Positions 39,283 to 52,280 of a DNA stretch of 64,000 nt are shown piece after piece (the stretch's first letter is position 1; each line of letters opens with the position of its first letter). The translations under genes and the position numbers were made by a program. Origin of the DNA: Octopus sinensis (Eukaryota); assembly GCF_006345805.1 (NCBI RefSeq), contig NC_043004.1:12896001-12960000 (forward strand), in the 5' to 3' direction. A model generated the notes under the pieces. The model was not told where the DNA came from, made no database searches, and saw only the letters and a program-made list of their open reading frames with translations.

Positions 39283-40145
39283 AAAGCGGCGAGCAGGCAG
39301 CAACGTTAGCAAGCCGGGCAAAAGGCTTAGTGGTATTTCGTCTGCCGTTACGTTCAGTTTTCAAACTCTGCCGAGGTCGACTTTGCCTTTCATCTTATCG
39401 GGGTCGACAAACTGAGTTCCAGTTACGCACTGGGGTCGATGTAATTGACTTAATCCGTTTGTCTGTCCTTGTTTGTCCCCTCTATGTTTAACTCCTTGTG
39501 GGCAATAAAGAAATAAGAAACGTTAGCAAACCGGGCAAAATGCTTAGCGGTAATTCATCTTTCTTTACGTTCTGAGTTCAAATTCCGTCGAGGTCGACTT
39601 TGCCTTTCATCTTATCGGGGTCGACAAACTGAGTTCCAGTTACGCACTGGGGTCGATGTAATTGACTTAATCCGTTTGTCTGTCCTTGTTTGTCCCCTCT
39701 ATGTTTAACTCCTTGTGGGCAATAAAGAAATAAGAAACGTTAGCAAACCGGGCAAAATGCTTAGCGGTAATTCATCTTTCTTTACGTTCTGAGTTCAAAT
39801 TCCGTCGAGGTCGACTTTGCCTTTCATCTTATCGGGGTCGACAAACTGAGTTCCAGTTACGCACTGGGGTCGATGTAATTGACTTAATCCGTTTGTCTGT
39901 CCTTGTTTGTCCCCTCTATGTTTAACTCCTTGTGGGCAATAAAGAAATAAGAAACGTTAGCAAACCGGGCAAAATGCTTAGCGGTAATTCATCTTTCTTT
40001 ACGTTCTGAGTTCAAATTCCGCCGAGGTTGACTTTGCCTTTCATCCTTTGGGAGTCATTAACTTAAGTACCAATTGTGTACTGGAGTCGATCTAATCGAC
40101 TGCCCCCTCCTCCAAAATTTCGGGCCTTGTGCCTAGAATAGAAAA
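39283..40145 (+). repeat. Head-to-tail array of a 217-bp SINE-B-derived unit
   Basis: CGTTAGCAAACCGGGC at 39521, 39738 and 39955; units are near-identical. Confidence 0.92.
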
Positions 40146-40551
40146 GAATATATTAATTTATTTCAGCCTTTCTATCTGATGCAGTTTGGGGCATGAGATA
40201 ATATTGCTTAATGTATGAAGAACAGGCAAAAGCACGATTATGCAAATTAGTTTACTCACTCTGCTGCCGGTTTAATTCCTGGCTGCTTTAGAGTGAGCTT
40301 GTTTAGAGGAGGAAACAGAATGGGTCTTCACAAAGGATCAGTGCAGAATGAATGTTTATACATTGTTATTTAGTAAAGATCAGTAATTTCGATAGAAAAG
40401 GCAAAGTCGATCACAACGTGCTCAACTGGTACTTATTTTATCGACCCCGAAAGGGGGAAAACGATTCTGGCAACTCGCGTAGCCGTATGAAGTTTATAAA
40501 ACTGAAATACATATACGCATACATACATACATACATACATACATACATACA

Positions 40552-40585
<34 letters not shown>

Positions 40586-40598
40586 CATTCATACATAT

Positions 40599-40629
<31 letters not shown>

Positions 40630-40639
40630 TATATATATA

Positions 40640-40679
<40 letters not shown>

Positions 40680-41550
40680 CTGATGTACATGTAGTACGAC
40701 GTTTACCAAGCAGTATAGCTCTGGATCAATTAACAGAGTGAGGATTTAATAAAAACCACACAAACACGTTTTATTTCTTTTAGCTTCAGCACATTTTCTA
40801 AGATCAAAACCTTTGTAAGGCAAGTACAACTCGAAAACAATTAAATATATTTTCCCCGTGATACTCATAGCAAGAACAACTACTCAAAGGCCGCGCCGTA
40901 TTTCACGTAGTTCAGATCTGCATGTGTCGTCCAAAATCTGACAATGGATGTTCAGTTGGGAACCGAGAATTTCGAAACATACAGTAATACAGTAATACTG
41001 GTTATAAAACGCTACTGTTAATGTAATTTCATTCTATAATCAGCCATACTGAGTTCGTTCGACTTTGATGTAACTTTATTGATCTGTTTTATGTGTGTCT
41101 ATGCATGCAAGCCGGCGTACATAAACACTCAAACGCATATATATAAATATATATGGTGTATATATATTATATATATATATATGGTGTATATATATATATA
41201 TATATATAATATATATATATATATATGGTGTATATATATATATATAATATATATATATAATATATATATATACATACGTTCATATATATATGTATGTATA
41301 TAAATATATATATATATATGTATATACATACACACAACACATACATATATACATGTAAATACACACACACACACATATATACATATATACATAGATACAT
41401 ACTTATATATATGTAGGTATATAAATATATATATACATATACATACACAAAACACACATGTAGATATACATATACATGCACACACGCATATATATATACA
41501 CATATACATACATACATACATACATACATACATAATATATATATATATAT

Positions 41551-41582
<32 letters not shown>

Positions 41583-42555
41583 ACACATATATATATATAT
41601 ATCACGAGAAATTCAGAAACGAAGTATCAAGCAGGCAAATTTGTTATAGTTATGTCTAATTGGTTGACTTTCGGTAAAATTTCACTGTATGACTCTCTTC
41701 ATATCAAAACTAGTTTACCAGCAGCTATGTTCCTATCATCGCAGTTCAGTTAGTACTTAATCGAGTATCGTTACTATTGGTTAAAGGGCGGTTTAGCGAT
41801 TTGTGAGACACGCGGATAGATTACGGTGGAGAAGGAAAGAGAAGGAGAGAGAGCGTGTGAGAAGGGGACTGTCGTGTATGCGTATATACAAATATATATA
41901 CATACTTTTGCGTTTATGTGGAGGCATATACGTAAGTATGAATATTTTACATTTGTGTAGGTGTGTGGACACGCACACACACATACTCACACACAATATA
42001 TATATATATATATTATATATATATATATAATATATATATACATATATATGTATGTATGTATGCATGTATGTATGTGTGTGCATGTGTGTGTATAGATATG
42101 CACATAAAATAGTTTTATAAAAAGTCGTGATGTAAAGTAATCAGAGTGGGAGAGGAGGAGAGATAGTGAATGAAATAACCAGAGACAAAGAGAAAGAAAG
42201 AGAGAGAGAGAGGGGAGAGAGAGTGAAAGAGAGAGTATGAGAGAGGTAGAGTAGAGAGACAGAGGGGGAGGAGAAGGAAGCTTGTGGATAGAGATGAAAT
42301 AAATTGTATTACATCCATTAATATGTCGAGAGGGGGTAAAGATATATGAAAAAGAAATAAAATAGGCAAAAATAAAAATAAAAATAAAAATAAAAAAGAA
42401 CGAAAAGTTGAAGGAAATTGAAAGGAGATTTGACTCATATTATTTCATTTTATTCTATCTGACTAGAAAATATAAGAGACGTGTATCATGAGATCATTAC
42501 AGGGTACCTAGGAACATAGTAACGAAAACGAAATAAAAAGGCAGGCATATAATTG

Positions 42556-42588
<33 letters not shown>

Positions 42589-42614
42589 ATATATATACAT
42601 GCACATGCATGCAC

Positions 42615-42870
42615 ACCTTCGTTTTGGGATCACTAATACTTTATTATCTCCCCTTCTTCCTAACTCTCTTGTCTAAGTACCTCTATCCAGCGAGCCGCAA
42701 TGATTGACCACTAGATCTATAATCTTTAAAAATTTACTCATGTTACTTTCTGTTGAAGAGCGTAGACACGAAACGTAAAAGACTTTCTCACCTTGCCGAG
42801 CGTTAAACTGATACACCTGTTTGTTGTTTATACACCTGGCTTCGTGTTTTGTTTTTCTGTAAATTTCAAC
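42615..42870 (+). repeat. PLE pseudo-LTR-like repeat with hammerhead-like motif (42746-42781)
   Basis: cttt-CTGTTGA-a-gagc-gtag-acac-GAAA-CG-TA-aaag; homologous to 10845-11100. Confidence 0.6.
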
Positions 42871-42890
42871 TATATATATATAGTTGATAT

Positions 42891-42938
<48 letters not shown>

Positions 42939-42969
42939 TGCGTAGACTAATATATATATTGCGTAGACC

Positions 42970-43289
42970 ACCTTCGGTCATGACTGACCATGGGATTGCT
43001 CCTAGAAAGTTACCCTCCCAGGCACAAGTCCGGGCAAGGTTGTTTATGGAAGACCAGCAGTCGCCCATGCATAACAACCTCCCCTTTCCACGCACCGATG
43101 TTATCCAAGGGAAAGGCAAATGCCGACACAGCTTGTGACGTCGCAACTCATTTCTACAGCTGAGTGAACTGGAGCAACGTGAAATAGAGTGTCTTGCTCA
43201 TGAATACAACACGCATCCCGGTCCCGGATTCGAACTCACAACCTGGCGAACGTAAGTTCGACGCTCTGACCACTGAGCCATACGCCTTC

Positions 43290-43290
<1 letters not shown>
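42970..43290 (-). mobile_element. tRNA-derived SINE, family C
   Basis: TGGCTCAGTGG A box, GAGTTCGAATCC B box, central ATGAGCAAGACACT...TTGCTCCAGTTCACTCAGCTGT domain. Confidence 0.85.
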
Positions 43291-43344
<54 letters not shown>

Positions 43345-43348
43345 TAAA

Positions 43349-43386
<38 letters not shown>

Positions 43387-43432
43387 ACATGTATACACAC
43401 ACACATATATGTATATAAATATATATATTATG

Positions 43433-43463
<31 letters not shown>

Positions 43464-43660
43464 GTGTATATCACGCATACATACGTCACCATGTCACTTG
43501 CAACTCAGGATGATTTGGAGCATATATCAGGGATTTCAGATTCTCTTAGGTCTCCATATGATCGCGATAAAATACAAGTAAACTCACAAACCTTCCCATA
43601 TTTTTCAAGGGATATATCCGGAGTGTGATGTATGCAAGAAATGAGGGTCCTGCACCTTAC

Positions 43661-43732
43661 CTGGTGTTCTAGTTTATCATAAGCCAAGTTGGACGCAGTA
43701 GAACATAACCAAAGTCCAACATATGTCGCATC
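43661..43732 (-). CDS. Candidate 72-nt exon: DATYVGLWLCSTASNLAYDKLEHQ
   Basis: Strong donor CAG|GTAAGG, acceptor ttgttcagaatAG, phase 0-0. Confidence 0.25.
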
Positions 43733-44509
43733 CTATTCTGAACAATTTTGCAGCTTCTCTGCAAGTGTGTGTACGCGTGTGTGTGTGTGTATGTTTGTGT
43801 CTGTGTATGTATGCATGTGTGTGTGTGTGATGTTTTTAATATATCAAATATCCTCATAAATAAAATTCTAGTCGTGTAAGATACTCGGTGGATACTCTAT
43901 TGAAACTCTTCGACTAGTTCATCTGTTTGGTAAAATCATATCAGGGCAGGGCCTTGCATTTATCAGGTGTGTGCAGGTAGCCGAGCTTGTTGGAAATTAA
44001 TCTGCACGTATTCAAAATCCTCTTGATCGTTCGGCAGATTGTTGCAACGACTTCATATAAATGGAGCAAGTCACACTACCGTCAGAAAAGAAGAATCCAA
44101 TTCATCATGTTGATGATAAGCTGCATTATACTGTAACTCCTGGCAAATAAAGAGGATGTTCTTCCGTAATGTGCGGATTTCCATGAGCCCAGGAGATGTA
44201 AGTGTGGCGGTTAATCGAAACATTTAACTTAAATGTAGCTGCATCACTCCAAACAGTCTTTCTGGGAGAGAGTGTGCATCCCTGTACATCTTGTGGAGCG
44301 CTACTCGCGAAACTCCACTTTTTCGTTTCGGATCCCCTTAATTAAGACCGTGGACTGGTTTTGGAATGTAACTTTACCAGTGTCAGTGCTACAAAATGTA
44401 AAGGACGCTTGATTTTGAAATCTTTAAATCCCGACTTGCTTGTCGAGTTGGGATATGAGAATTTCCAAGGAAATCATAACTTAAAATAACTTAAGATTTT
44501 CTGTATAAT

Positions 44510-44910
44510 AGGTGCATGCGTGGCTGTATGGTAATAAGCTAGCTTTCCAACCACTTGGTTCCGGGTTTAGTCCCACTGCGTGACACCTTAGAAAAGTGTC
44601 TTCTACTATAGCTACGGGCCGACAAAAAGCATTGTGCGTGGATTTGGCAGACGGAAACTGAAAGAAACCTGTCGTATACACACACTCCCCCCACATATAT
44701 ATATCTGATATATTTGTGTGTCTGTATTTACTACCTCACCATCGCTTGACAACATATGTTGGTGTGCTTACAATCCCGGAAGCCTAGCGGTTCGGCAGAA
44801 GAGACCGATAGAATAAGTAGTAGGCTTACAAGGAATAAATCCTGGTGTCGATTTGTTCGATTAAAGGCGGTGCTGCAGCATGGCCACAGTCAAATAACTA
44901 AAACAAATAA
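44510..44910 (+). mobile_element. SINE family A, full length
   Basis: Head and tail match family A. Confidence 0.8.
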
Positions 44911-44920
44911 ATGAATACAA

Positions 44921-45281
44921 GAACAAGAGCAGTCAGAGTGGGCAAACCTCTACCAAGGCAATACTAAAGTCTTCACAACGATTGGCCGGAGATTAATTTT
45001 AAAATGAGAATATCTGAAATGACCTCGACTGATTTTACAAAGGAGAATACTAAAAACGAACTCGCTCTCAAAAACTAAGTAGTAAAAGACGGAAAAATAA
45101 TCCAGAATCCTTGTCCGGTATCGGATTGATCCTAAAATCTAATCATTTCGTGCCAGTCACGAGGCCAAACATCCCTGAAAGTTTCATTCAAATCCATCCA
45201 GCGGTTCTTGAGATATCTTGTCCACGGACAAACAAACACGACTGAAAACGACACCTCCACCTTCGCTAAGGCGGATGTAAT
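44921..45281 (+). mobile_element. Helentron/HINE-like non-autonomous element
   Basis: 5' sub-terminal ACCTCTACC, 3' hairpin ACCTCCACCTT-cgct-AAGGCGGATGT (45253-45278), and the typical AAGTTTCATTCAAATCCATCCAGCGGTTCTTGAGATA block. Confidence 0.55.
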
Positions 45282-46679
45282 AATAGAATCCTTCTTGCCC
45301 AGAAAAACCTTTGATATTTTCATTGCTCCTTTCCTTTATATTTCTTGTTCCGTAACATTGTCTGTATAATAAATACTATTATAACTCAAGTGAGTATTTA
45401 TTATGTAGAAACGTTTATTTCTTTGAACCTGCTCTTCATTTTTTGATATATCTCAGCGTGTACGGTTTGATAATCTCCATATTCTCCAATCCGTATAACA
45501 CTCAATTGTATAAAATTGTATAAGGCGTGTTGTTTTAAAACAAAGTTTTACGATATAAAAAACAGACAGATTTTTGTTGAATCATATTTCAAGATATTTA
45601 CTATTAAGTTAAACATATTTGAAATCTTTAATGACGATGCCAGTATCCTTATATCCCATGTATCAATATGATTTATATGTGCGGATTAAACCCTATCAAA
45701 TAAGATTATCCAAATCGCATGTTTGGAAATATTGTGTGAAGTATGTTGAACTTCAAACTACAGTCTGTCATGAATGCAAAACTTAGATAAAGCGTGTTGA
45801 ATGGACTACAGGTTTTCTTATTCAACACTTAGAACACAAACATAAAATTGATAAGACAGTTGTTACAAATGGAAACCGCATAATCGCGAATTTTTTTTAT
45901 ATATAAATCAAGAAACGTGACAAAATGTTCACAAAACGTATTTCTTGACAATATCTCTATCAATTTCAATTTTTAAGAAAACACTGAATTTATCAGGAAA
46001 TATTTGAACACATTTGAATTACATTTCACCAAAAGCTCCGTTACATGTAGTGGATCTTGATGATTCGCCCAGCAATAAAACAATATCACCTACGCTCTGG
46101 AATTGCCCGTCAACTAAATGCAGGATAAACGTTAAGTTTTCCTTAGGTGCACCTCGGTAAACAATCCTGATACCCGAATATCAGTGCCTATGAGTAGTGT
46201 GATTGACAGTTTCGGGAGTAAAATGCTGTGGAAATGTAAAAATTTTTAGAGAAATTTAATGTTTTTTTACAAAAACACCATGCGGTCGTTTTCGTTCCTG
46301 ATGGTGAAATTTTAAAGGCTCCTTTTAATATTGATCGTTAATCATGTAACACATAGAAAGAATTTAGAAATATGTGACATTGTGTATAGGAGGCGCATAT
46401 TCAAAGCATAAACGGGAGAATAAAATGATAAGCTGACTGTTTCCATATAGTAATGCAAAATACCACAAAAGGCAAGTGAACAATAAAAGATTGGCAATTT
46501 TGCCACATCAGTCTACATTAATTTCTAAAAAGAGGATATTTAATCACATTTTATTATGTCTGCAAACATTATATCTAGTGCAACAGAGGAAGTTACTCAA
46601 GAAACGTTTCTTTACACAACTTCTATATATCTAGATAAAAGATTCGGTACATCTGCTAAAGCAGCTAATATTTTTTCTA

Positions 46680-46990
46680 CTCTAGGCACAAGGTCCGAAA
46701 ATTTTAGGGAAGGGTCCAGTCGATTAGAGCGACGCCAGTACGCATCTGGTACTTAATTTATCGACCCCGAAAGGATGAAAGGCAAAGTCGACCTCGGCCG
46801 AATTTGAACTCAGAACGTAAAGACAGACGAAATACACATTTCTTTACTACCCACAAGGGGCTAAACACAGAGAGGACAAAAAAGGACAGACAAACGGATT
46901 AAGTCGAATACATCGACCCCAGTGCGTAACTGGGACTTAATTTATCGACCCCGAAAGGATGAAAGGCAAAGTCGACCTCGGCGGAATCGA
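46680..46990 (-). mobile_element. SINE family B dimer (5'-truncated)
   Basis: Two cores with the tail-1/tail-2 layout. Confidence 0.8.
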
Positions 46991-47215
46991 ATCTCTGACC
47001 GAGCGATGTGCTCCGGCAGAAGATAATGGCGAACTTCTGCTGACTCTTTTGCTACAACTTTCTCTCACTCTTTCCTCCTGCATATTGTATCACCTGCGAC
47101 GGACCGGCATCCCGTCTAGGTGGGGAACCTATACGCCAAAGAAGCGGGAAACCGGCCCTTATGAGCCAGGCGTGGTTCGAGAAGGAACAAGCAACAACAA
47201 CAACATAGTTACTAC
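46990..47215 (+). mobile_element. SINE family D, 3' part
   Basis: ATGGCGAACTTCTGCTGAC ... GGGAAACCGGCCCTTATGAGCCAGG; homologous to 59420-59720. Confidence 0.7.
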
Positions 47216-47359
47216 CGGCATCTCCCACAGAGATTTTAGCACGAGCTACTTTGCTCGTTATTTTTGTTTATTTAAATTCAGTTTTGGGGCTTTGGTTACT
47301 AGTTTATAAGTATTATATGGAATTTGCGTATGTGTTATTTTCCTTGTGTGGTTTTACTC

Positions 47360-47602
47360 TTTACTCTTTTACCTGTTTCAGTCACTTGACTTTGGCCATG
47401 CTGGAGCACCGGCTTTTAGTCGAGCAAATAGACCCCAGGACTTATTCTTTGTGAGCCTAGTACTTATTCTGTCGGTTTCTTTTGCCGAACCGCTAAGTTA
47501 CGGGGACGTAAACACACTAGCATCGGTTGTCAAGTGATGTTGCGGGGAGGGTCAAACACAGACACACAAACATATACATACATTCATACATACATACATA
47601 CA

Positions 47603-47654
<52 letters not shown>

Positions 47655-47830
47655 CATACATATACATATATATACGACGGCTTCTTTCAGTTTCCGCCTA
47701 CCAAATCCACTTACAAGGCTTTGGTCGGGCCTTGACTATAGTAGAAGACACTTGCCCATGGTGCCAGGCAGTGGGACTGAACCCGGTACAATGTGGTTTG
47801 TAAGAAAGCTAGGTACCACACAGCCACTCC
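47360..47830 (-). mobile_element. SINE family A, full length
   Basis: Head, microsatellite and tail. Confidence 0.85.
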
Positions 47831-47994
47831 TATGTTTATATATAAATACGTATTTGGTAAAGCTCCCCTAGGCAGAGATCACATCTCTCTCCACCTATTC
47901 TATACGGCGTGACAGTGCTAATTAATTCCCAGTTGATCGAATAGATTTTGTTTTCGTCTTTGAATTACTAAATTAGTTTACTTAGTCTTGTAAA

Positions 47995-48063
<69 letters not shown>

Positions 48064-48099
48064 TATCATCAGCAGCAGCATAATTATTATCATCATTAA

Positions 48100-48810
48100 G
48101 ACGGCGAGCTGGCAGAATCGTTAGCACGCCGTGCGAAATGCTTAGCGGTATTTCGTTCCACTTTACGTTCTGAGTTCAAATCTCGCCTAGGTTAACTTCG
48201 CCTTTCATCCTTCAGGGTCGATGAAATAAGTACCAGTTACGCACTGATGTCGATATAATCGACTAAATCCGTTTGTCTGTCCGTGTTCAGCCCCTTGTGG
48301 ATAGTAAAGAAATAGGTATATCGTCTGTCGTTACGTTCTGAGTTGTTGTTGTTACTATTATTCTTAATTAAGGCGGTTAGCAGCAAAACCGTTTGCACGC
48401 CGGACAAAGTACTTAGCGGTATTTCGTTCCACTTTACGTTCTGAGTTCAAATCTCGCCTAGGTTAACTTCGCCTTTCATCCTTCAGGGTCGATGAAATAA
48501 GTACCAGTTACGCACTGATGTCGATATAATCGATTTAATCCGTTTGTCTGTCCGTGTTCAGCCCCTTGTGAGTAGTAAAGAAACAGGTATATCGTCTGTC
48601 GTTACGTTCTGAGTTGTTGTTGTTACTATTATTCTTAATTAAGGCGGTTAGCAGCAAAACCGTTTGCACGCCGGACAAAGTACTTAGCGGCATTTCGTTC
48701 CACTTTACGTTCTGAGTTCAAATCTCGCCTAGGTTAACTTCGCCTTTCATCCTTCAGGGTCGATGAAATCGACTATCCCCAAGTTGCAGGCCTTGTGCTT
48801 GTAGTAAAGG
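48100..48810 (+). repeat. Tandem array of a 271-bp SINE-B-derived unit
   Basis: CTTAGCGG at 48141, 48412 and 48683. Confidence 0.88.
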
Positions 48811-49814
48811 GAATTATTATTATTATTAATATAAATATATAAGTGAATGTGTGTGTGTGTGTGTGTGTATGTGTGTGTATGTACGTGTGTGTATGCGTGT
48901 GTGCACGGGTGCACCTATGTTTGTGTCCAAGGATGTCCCCCTCTAGTGCTTGACAAGTAGTGTGGTTGTTTTTACGTCCCTGTAACTTAACGGGTCGTCA
49001 AAACTGATTGATAGAATAAGTACCACGTTTGAAAAATAATAAACAGTCGAGTCGAGTCATTCGACTAAAAATTCTTCAAAGACGTCTCCCAGCATGACCG
49101 CAAACTCATGACTGAAACAAGTATAAGATAAAAAGATTAACAGATGAAAGTCGTGCAAGTGTGTGTGTGTGTGTGTGTGTGTGGTGTCTATAAGGTCATC
49201 AATACCTGAAGCATATTCATCAAGAGTCGAATAGAATTTTTAAGCTTCAAATAAGATTTGCTTAAAACCTCATGGATCTCTTTCACCCCTTTGATATGGT
49301 CAGCACACCAGTGGAACCCGTATATCTGGTGTCAATATATATCGCAAGCTTGAGAATATGGGAAGTGCGTGAATTTCATGTGAGACTGAAGCAAAATGCA
49401 CAAGCCTAATGCACAAGCCAGGAATATGCATCAAATATATGTGGGACATGATGACCTTATATCAACTTAAACAGCCTATGACCTTGTACATGAGCCCAGT
49501 TAAAATTTTCGTCGGGTCGAGTTGCCCATCCCGCCTAAAAGGTCACTGAATAAGTTTCGTTAAAGAAGGATAACGAAGCACCCATGTTTCCAGGAGTGAT
49601 TTATTGAATTCCCAAAGAATCCCTCTCAATACATGGTTTTTGTGCTTGCTTACTACCCTTGCTCGTGATCAGAGATGCACACATGCTCGACTGGTTAAGG
49701 TCAAGAAACTCTGTAGTATTGAGCAGCATATTCACCAAAAGTTACAGGGAGCAACGTCTGCATTGCGGAGAAGGTGAGGAACAGTCTTGAAACCATCCCT
49801 GCCAAGTGGTTGGT

Positions 49815-50260
49815 TACCAGGATGTTCCTCACTAAGCGCCCTGAGAACAAACTTTGCATTAATTTTCCTCGCGTTTTGATCTTCATGAATAATTCTTAGG
49901 GCTGTTGTTACTCCAACACCAAACTGTATGCTTATTTGTCTTTGTTGACGCACGATGCTTTTCATTCAGAAAATTGCCTATTTTCTCAATCGGTTCTGAT
50001 GATCTAACGTTCCTCTTCCTCCCACATCTCTTATCGTTTCTCACCTCTTCTCTGTTTTCCTTGAACTTCTTGTGCTAGTAAAAAAAAATATTTATCCGTA
50101 AGCAGCCTGGAACATTTTCAAAGTTCCTGTAGCATTTTTGCTCAAATTATCACAAAACGTTATTGAGTAACGTGTTTCCAAATGATCCGACTGCTTTCTG
50201 GAAACTAAACAGCTGTGAGACGAGTGACAAGCAGTGTTTGGTGGGCGTGCTCAAAATGCT
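49815..50260 (-). mobile_element. mariner transposase N-terminal relic
   Basis: RQISIQFGVGVTTALRIIHEDQNARKINAKFVLRALSEE resembles the mariner HTH2 + WVPR linker. Confidence 0.6.
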
Positions 50261-50334
50261 AATACAGTAATCTCCTTTAATCTAGAATAACAAATATTTG
50301 CAGATCAGCTTATTAGATGTATAATAATGATATA

Positions 50335-50555
50335 CAGTAATCCCTCGACTATCGCGGGTGTTACGTTCCAAAACTTCCCACAGAAATAATTAGATTCCAA
50401 AAAATTATAAATACCTATTGGCTGCAGAAACCAGGATACACTGAGGAGTCTGCGATGTAAAAATTACATATATTAGTTCGAAAAATCCGCGATGAACTGA
50501 ATACACGATAGATGAACCGCGATGTACTGAGTGCACGATAGGTGAACAACGATTA
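50335..50555 (+). mobile_element. pogo/Tigger-like MITE remnant
   Basis: TA|CAGTAATCCCTCG left end. The matching right end is not recognisable. Confidence 0.4.
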
Positions 50556-51519
50556 CATTAAACTTTGACAGTTATAACTGCCGTTCCTAAAACGTCTCGA
50601 AAGTTCTGGAATGCACTCGGTACAGATAGAGAGTGTTTGAGATTGACAGGTTCAAGTACGTCTAAAAATATTAATTAGTCGAGTAGTTTAAGATGAAGCG
50701 AGAGAGAAAGAGAGAAGGAGAGGGTGAAGGAAAAATAAAGAATCAGTTGTGAGATTGCTAAAGAGGAAATTGATGCAGGATGACTGCGTAGTTTATAATA
50801 TTTGTGAATGAAGAATCTGTGAGGACAGACACTGTAAAGATGTTATAAGAATGAGCGTACGAACAACGTAAACAGAAAGGACAGACGTTGGGTAGAATAG
50901 AGGAGAGCAGTAAGTGTTGTGCTAGAGAGAAACCGATAAAATATAGACAAGAAGTAACTGTGTGCCTGAGTGAGAGAGTGAGAGAGAATAAAAATATAGT
51001 GAGCCTGTATGTGTGAAAAACCGGGGAAGATAAGATATAGCACTAACGTAAGGAAGTATCGTGAAGCAGAGAATATACAAGCAAAAAGAAAGAAATATAA
51101 ATGAAAGAAAGAATAAACGAAAGAATGAATGTAAGGAATAGAGAGTGAGTGTGATAGTGAGAGAATGAAAGTGGGATAAAAAAAACAAAAACAAAAACAA
51201 AAGAACAGAAACTAAGGTAGGATTAACAAACGGCAAAAAAAAATTAGGAAATGAGAAGCAATATTAGAAATTGAGACAGAGAGGTGTAAGAGACAAAAAA
51301 AGGAACCAGATAAATATTCAAGTTTTATAATGTGTAAAATTGATAGATTATTGATAAGAGCTAAGTAGAAAATAAAGAGAAAAATTAATTACCAATGCCA
51401 CCACCACCATCGCTAATATTTTCCTCCATTAACTTGACAACAACCATTAGCAACACAACCAGTTACACTTTACCAACATAAACCATATTACACTCACGAC
51501 AATTATTCTTTCCTACTCC

Positions 51520-51885
51520 AGGAACAAGGCCGGAAATTTTAGAGGAGGGAGCCAGTCGATTAAATCGATCCCAGTACGCAACTGGAACTTAATTTATCGA
51601 CAACGAAAGGATGAAAGACAAAGTCAACCTCGGCGGAGTTTGAACTCGGAAAGTAAAGACAAACGAAATACCTATTTCTTTACTGTACATAGAGGACAAA
51701 CAAGGACAGACAAACGGATTAAGTCGATTATACCATTCCCAGTGAGTAACTGGTACTTATTTAATCGATCCCGAAAGGATGAAAGGCAAAGTCGACCTCG
51801 GCGAAATTTGAACTCAGAACGTAGCGACAGACTAAATACCGCTAAGCATTTCGCCCAGCGTGCTAACGTTTCTGCCAGCTCACTA
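51520..51885 (-). mobile_element. SINE family B dimer, full length
   Basis: Full monomer with tail 1 joined to an A-box-less monomer with tail 2. Confidence 0.85.
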
Positions 51886-51991
51886 TCACATCACCGTCAC
51901 TAATAATATTATCAACGCCAGCATCATAGCATCACACCCCATATTATCAACACTACCATTATGTCACATACAGTATTATCAATACAGCATA

Positions 51992-52160
51992 AGGCGGCGA
52001 GCTGGCAGAATCGTTAGCACGTCGAGGTAAAATGTCCGCCGTGGTCGACTTTGCCTTGTATCCCTCAGGGGTCGACGAAATAAATATCTGTTGGTTACTC
52101 GGGTCAATTTAATCGACTTACCCCTTTCCCTAAAATTGCTGGCCTTGTGCGATAATTTGA
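51992..52160 (+). mobile_element. SINE family B
   Basis: GGCGGCGAGCTGGCAGAATCGTTAGCACG head, internally deleted. Confidence 0.75.
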
Positions 52161-52224
52161 ATCCATTCTTATCAGAACAGATACAGTTATGATAACAGCC
52201 AATATTATCAATACAGCCACCATC

Positions 52225-52280
<56 letters not shown>

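Noticed and set aside
39283-40145. Regularly spaced repeats as a CRISPR array
   Set aside because: The units are identical end to end with no unique spacers, are SINE-derived, and there are no cas genes; the context is eukaryotic.
43200-43290. tRNA gene (also 59420-59500 and the SINE A/B heads)
   Set aside because: A and B boxes are present, but they continue into SINE bodies and no complete cloverleaf is evident.
49250-49700. Segment that looks like a dispersed repeat (possible LINE UTR)
   Set aside because: Single copy in the window with no diagnostic motif; cannot be classified without a search.
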